A stretch of DNA of 64,000 nucleotides, taken from assembly GCA_030537155.1 (NCBI GenBank), contig JAUNOH010000007.1, positions 8,785 to 72,784 on the forward strand, given 5' to 3'. The notes beneath the pieces are model-generated. The model ran no database searches, was not told the origin of the DNA, and worked only from the letters and a program-made list of their open reading frames with translations. The position numbers and the translations under genes are program-made. Positions 62,180-64,000 of this stretch are shown here, one piece after another. The stretch is from Bacillota bacterium. Its GTDB lineage: Bacteria > Bacillota_I > Bacilli_A > RFN20 > CAG-826. Position 1 is the stretch's first letter. The number at the start of each line of letters is the position of its first letter.

Positions 62180-63406
62180 ATGGACGAGAAAGAGTTTTTC
62201 GAATACCTGGAAAAAAGGCAGACACCGCGTTATGAACGAGTGCATTTCGACGCCTTCTTGAATAAGGTTGGTTTTTCCTTCAATTTGCCAGCTATCCACA
62301 TCACGGGAACCAACGGAAAAGGCGCGACCCTAAATTATCTGATATCCATTTATCAATGCGCCGGTTATAGGGTGGGGAGCTATCATTCGCCTTATTTTTA
62401 TAAGCCCAACGAAATGACGAAGATCGACGATGAGGAAATCGATAGTGGCTACATGATTTCCCTCTTTGAAAAATATAGGAAACAAATTGAATCGTTCGAC
62501 CTCTCCTCCTTTGAGATCCTCACCTTCGTCGCTTTCTCATATTTCAACGAGAAAAAGCCCGATATCTGCGTGATTGAAGTCGGAATGGGCGGGGAAATCG
62601 ACGCGACCAATATCTTTGAGCCGATCCTCTCCATCATCACCAGCGTCTCCCTTGAGCACACCGGCGCCTTGGGGAGAACCGTCTCGGAGATCGCAAGGAG
62701 CAAAGGCGGCATTATCAAGCCCTATGTCCCCGTCTTAGTCGGCAACATCCCCGACAGCGCGGATATCACCCTCAAGGAGATTGCCAGAAAGAAGGAATCC
62801 CCCTATCATTTCGTCTCCCGTCACCACTTTGTCCAGACTTCGAATTCCGGCATCGATTTTGCTTATGGGGAATACCTTAATTTGCATTTGAACAGCCATG
62901 CGTTATATCAAGTTAAAAACGCCTCTTTGGCCGTGGAGGCCGTCACCCTTTTGCAGGCGGATTTCCCGGTCTCGGAAGAGGCCATCAGGAAGGGGCTAGC
63001 CTATGGTGAGATCCCCCTCCATGTGGAGACCATCGATAACTTCATTTTGGACGGCGCCCATAACCCCGAGGCCTTTGAAAGCCTGGTCTCCGATTTAGCT
63101 AGGTTGGAAAAGGACAAACCCATCCACGCTCTCTTTGCCTGCTTCCGCGATAAGAACATCAACGTCGAGCTCCCTCTACTAGGAACCTACGTCTCCGATA
63201 TCACCCTCACGAGTTTTGATCACAAGAGGGCCAGGACCGAGGAGGAGTATTTCCTCTATATCGGGGAGTACGCCTATAACGGCGATTGGAAAAAGGCCTT
63301 AGAGCTTTTGATGAGCGCCTATCCAAACGACTACATCCTCGTAACCGGCTCCATCGCTTTCGCGGCTTTGGTTAGGAAATATATTTTGGAGTACTTGAGA
63401 AAATGA
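62180..63406 (+). CDS. folC: folylpolyglutamate synthase / dihydrofolate synthase family
   Basis: I use the internal ATG 62180, just after the smpB stop. Mur-ligase P-loop HITGTNGKGAT. Confidence 0.85.
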   Translation: MDEKEFFEYLEKRQTPRYERVHFDAFLNKVGFSFNLPAIHITGTNGKGATLNYLISIYQCAGYRVGSYHSPYFYKPNEMTKIDDEEIDSGYMISLFEKYRKQIESFDLSSFEILTFVAFSYFNEKKPDICVIEVGMGGEIDATNIFEPILSIITSVSLEHTGALGRTVSEIARSKGGIIKPYVPVLVGNIPDSADITLKEIARKKESPYHFVSRHHFVQTSNSGIDFAYGEYLNLHLNSHALYQVKNASLAVEAVTLLQADFPVSEEAIRKGLAYGEIPLHVETIDNFILDGAHNPEAFESLVSDLARLEKDKPIHALFACFRDKNINVELPLLGTYVSDITLTSFDHKRARTEEEYFLYIGEYAYNGDWKKALELLMSAYPNDYILVTGSIAFAALVRKYILEYLRK

Positions 63407-64000
63407 ATGAGCGTTATTCAAGAATCCAAAAGATGTCATTGGCCGCCATGCTTCTGGCTTTGGCCGGCGTTTTCACAATTATTTCCAAAGTAGCCTCCGT
63501 CCCCGGCATCAGGTTTGCCAGCGTGAACCTGGCCCCGGCCTTTACGATGTTCGCCTCCTTAACCCTCGGCCCCGGATATGGAGTTTTGGTGGGTGTGGGC
63601 AGCGACCTCATCGGATTGAGCTATAGTACCGGCGTCTATAACTTTTTCTACACGATCATCGCCGGGCTTTATGGAGTTCTGCCTTGGTTATTCGTTTTCC
63701 TTACCAAACACTTCCGGAAGACCCTTAAATTCCCATATGTGATTTATGCCATCCTTTTGATCATCGTCTGCGTCCTCGCCGGCGTCTTCTACGGGACGGA
63801 TATCTTCGACCAATCAAACGCGATGGGGGAGAACGCCTATTGGCTGAAACCATTGGTTTTGGTGGGCGCCATCGTGCTTTCGGTGGGGCTGGGAGTCGGA
63901 CTATATTTCACCAACCGGCATTTTGAGAAGGGCTTTGGGCAGGAAAGTGGCATCCCATCCCCGAATGAGATCGCCCTCATCTGCCTCGTCGTCGAATTGA
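63403..64000 (+). CDS. 5' part of an ECF-transporter S-component-like membrane protein (possibly folate-family, FolT-like); runs off the right edge
   Basis: My own translation from ATG 63403 (ATGA overlap with the folC stop) stays open to the window end: MNERYSRIQKMSLAAMLLALAGVF... Multiple TM segments. The folate assignment comes only from the folC context. Confidence 0.55.
   Translation, partial: MNERYSRIQKMSLAAMLLALAGVFTIISKVASVPGIRFASVNLAPAFTMFASLTLGPGYGVLVGVGSDLIGLSYSTGVYNFFYTIIAGLYGVLPWLFVFLTKHFRKTLKFPYVIYAILLIIVCVLAGVFYGTDIFDQSNAMGENAYWLKPLVLVGAIVLSVGLGVGLYFTNRHFEKGFGQESGIPSPNEIALICLVVEL

Overview
This 64-kb window is gene-dense chromosomal DNA from a moderately GC-rich anaerobic fermenter. 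From gene content alone I infer a Bacillota type, possibly a Mollicutes/Erysipelotrichia-like lineage. It has many lipoproteins and small membrane proteins, uses the standard genetic code (TGA is a stop), and shows no cell-wall genes in this window.

Layout, left to right:
- 0.5-12.3 kb: one long plus-strand pectin/hexuronate unit. It holds a MalK/MsmK-type ABC ATPase flanked by four unassignable small membrane proteins, GH28, a PucR-like HTH protein, eda, kdgK, a GntR regulator and kduI. A GH2 beta-galactosidase follows, translationally coupled to a Crp/Fnr regulator.
- 12.9-16.1 kb: a perfect FNR box followed by pflA-pflB.
- 16-20 kb: M29 aminopeptidase, a lipoprotein, rubrerythrin, and a membrane-anchored DUF2188 protein with tandem acidic repeats.
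- 20.2-24.3 kb: a visibly AT-richer block with a TM-NUDIX-TM operon, a HAD phosphatase, an orphan ABC ATPase and ung.
- 24.3-25.5 kb: a TPP riboswitch followed by an extended ThiT-like transporter.
- 25.6-32 kb: a PE/PA-repeat membrane protein, a DUF402 phosphatase, tsaE, a tsaB-rimI fusion, tsaD and asnS.
- 32.7-35.1 kb: a minus-strand operon of three unknown membrane proteins plus a 65-aa triple-repeat protein.
- 35.2-44.4 kb: pcrA-ligA, gatCAB, DUF1836 and galE.
- 44.4-47.6 kb: a hydrolase, a protein with a degenerate ABC-like domain, and a NahK-like kinase.
- 47.65-49.04 kb: an AAA+/DUF4143 ATPase gene bracketed by two 59-bp hairpin-ended direct repeats.
- 49.1-57.2 kb: a complete GDP-heptose pathway (hddA, gmhA, an SDR enzyme, an hddC-gmhB fusion). 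It is split by an AT-rich island encoding two paralogous lipoproteins and a 711-aa secreted protein.
- 57.3-64 kb: PPi-type PFK, mtnN, a cmk-like gene, plsC, gpmA, smpB, folC, and the start of a FolT-like ECF S component.

I found no rRNA, tRNA, CRISPR array, transposase or integrase.

The leads I consider most worth following are:
- the repeat-bracketed ATPase cassette;
- the AT-rich lipoprotein/secreted-protein island inside the heptose locus;
- the non-canonical membrane partners of the sugar ABC ATPase;
- a recurrent leaderless-type promoter layout, with a -10 box 6-10 nt before the ATG and no Shine-Dalgarno.

I cannot name a definite new system from sequence alone. All function calls rest on motifs I recognise by eye, not on database searches.
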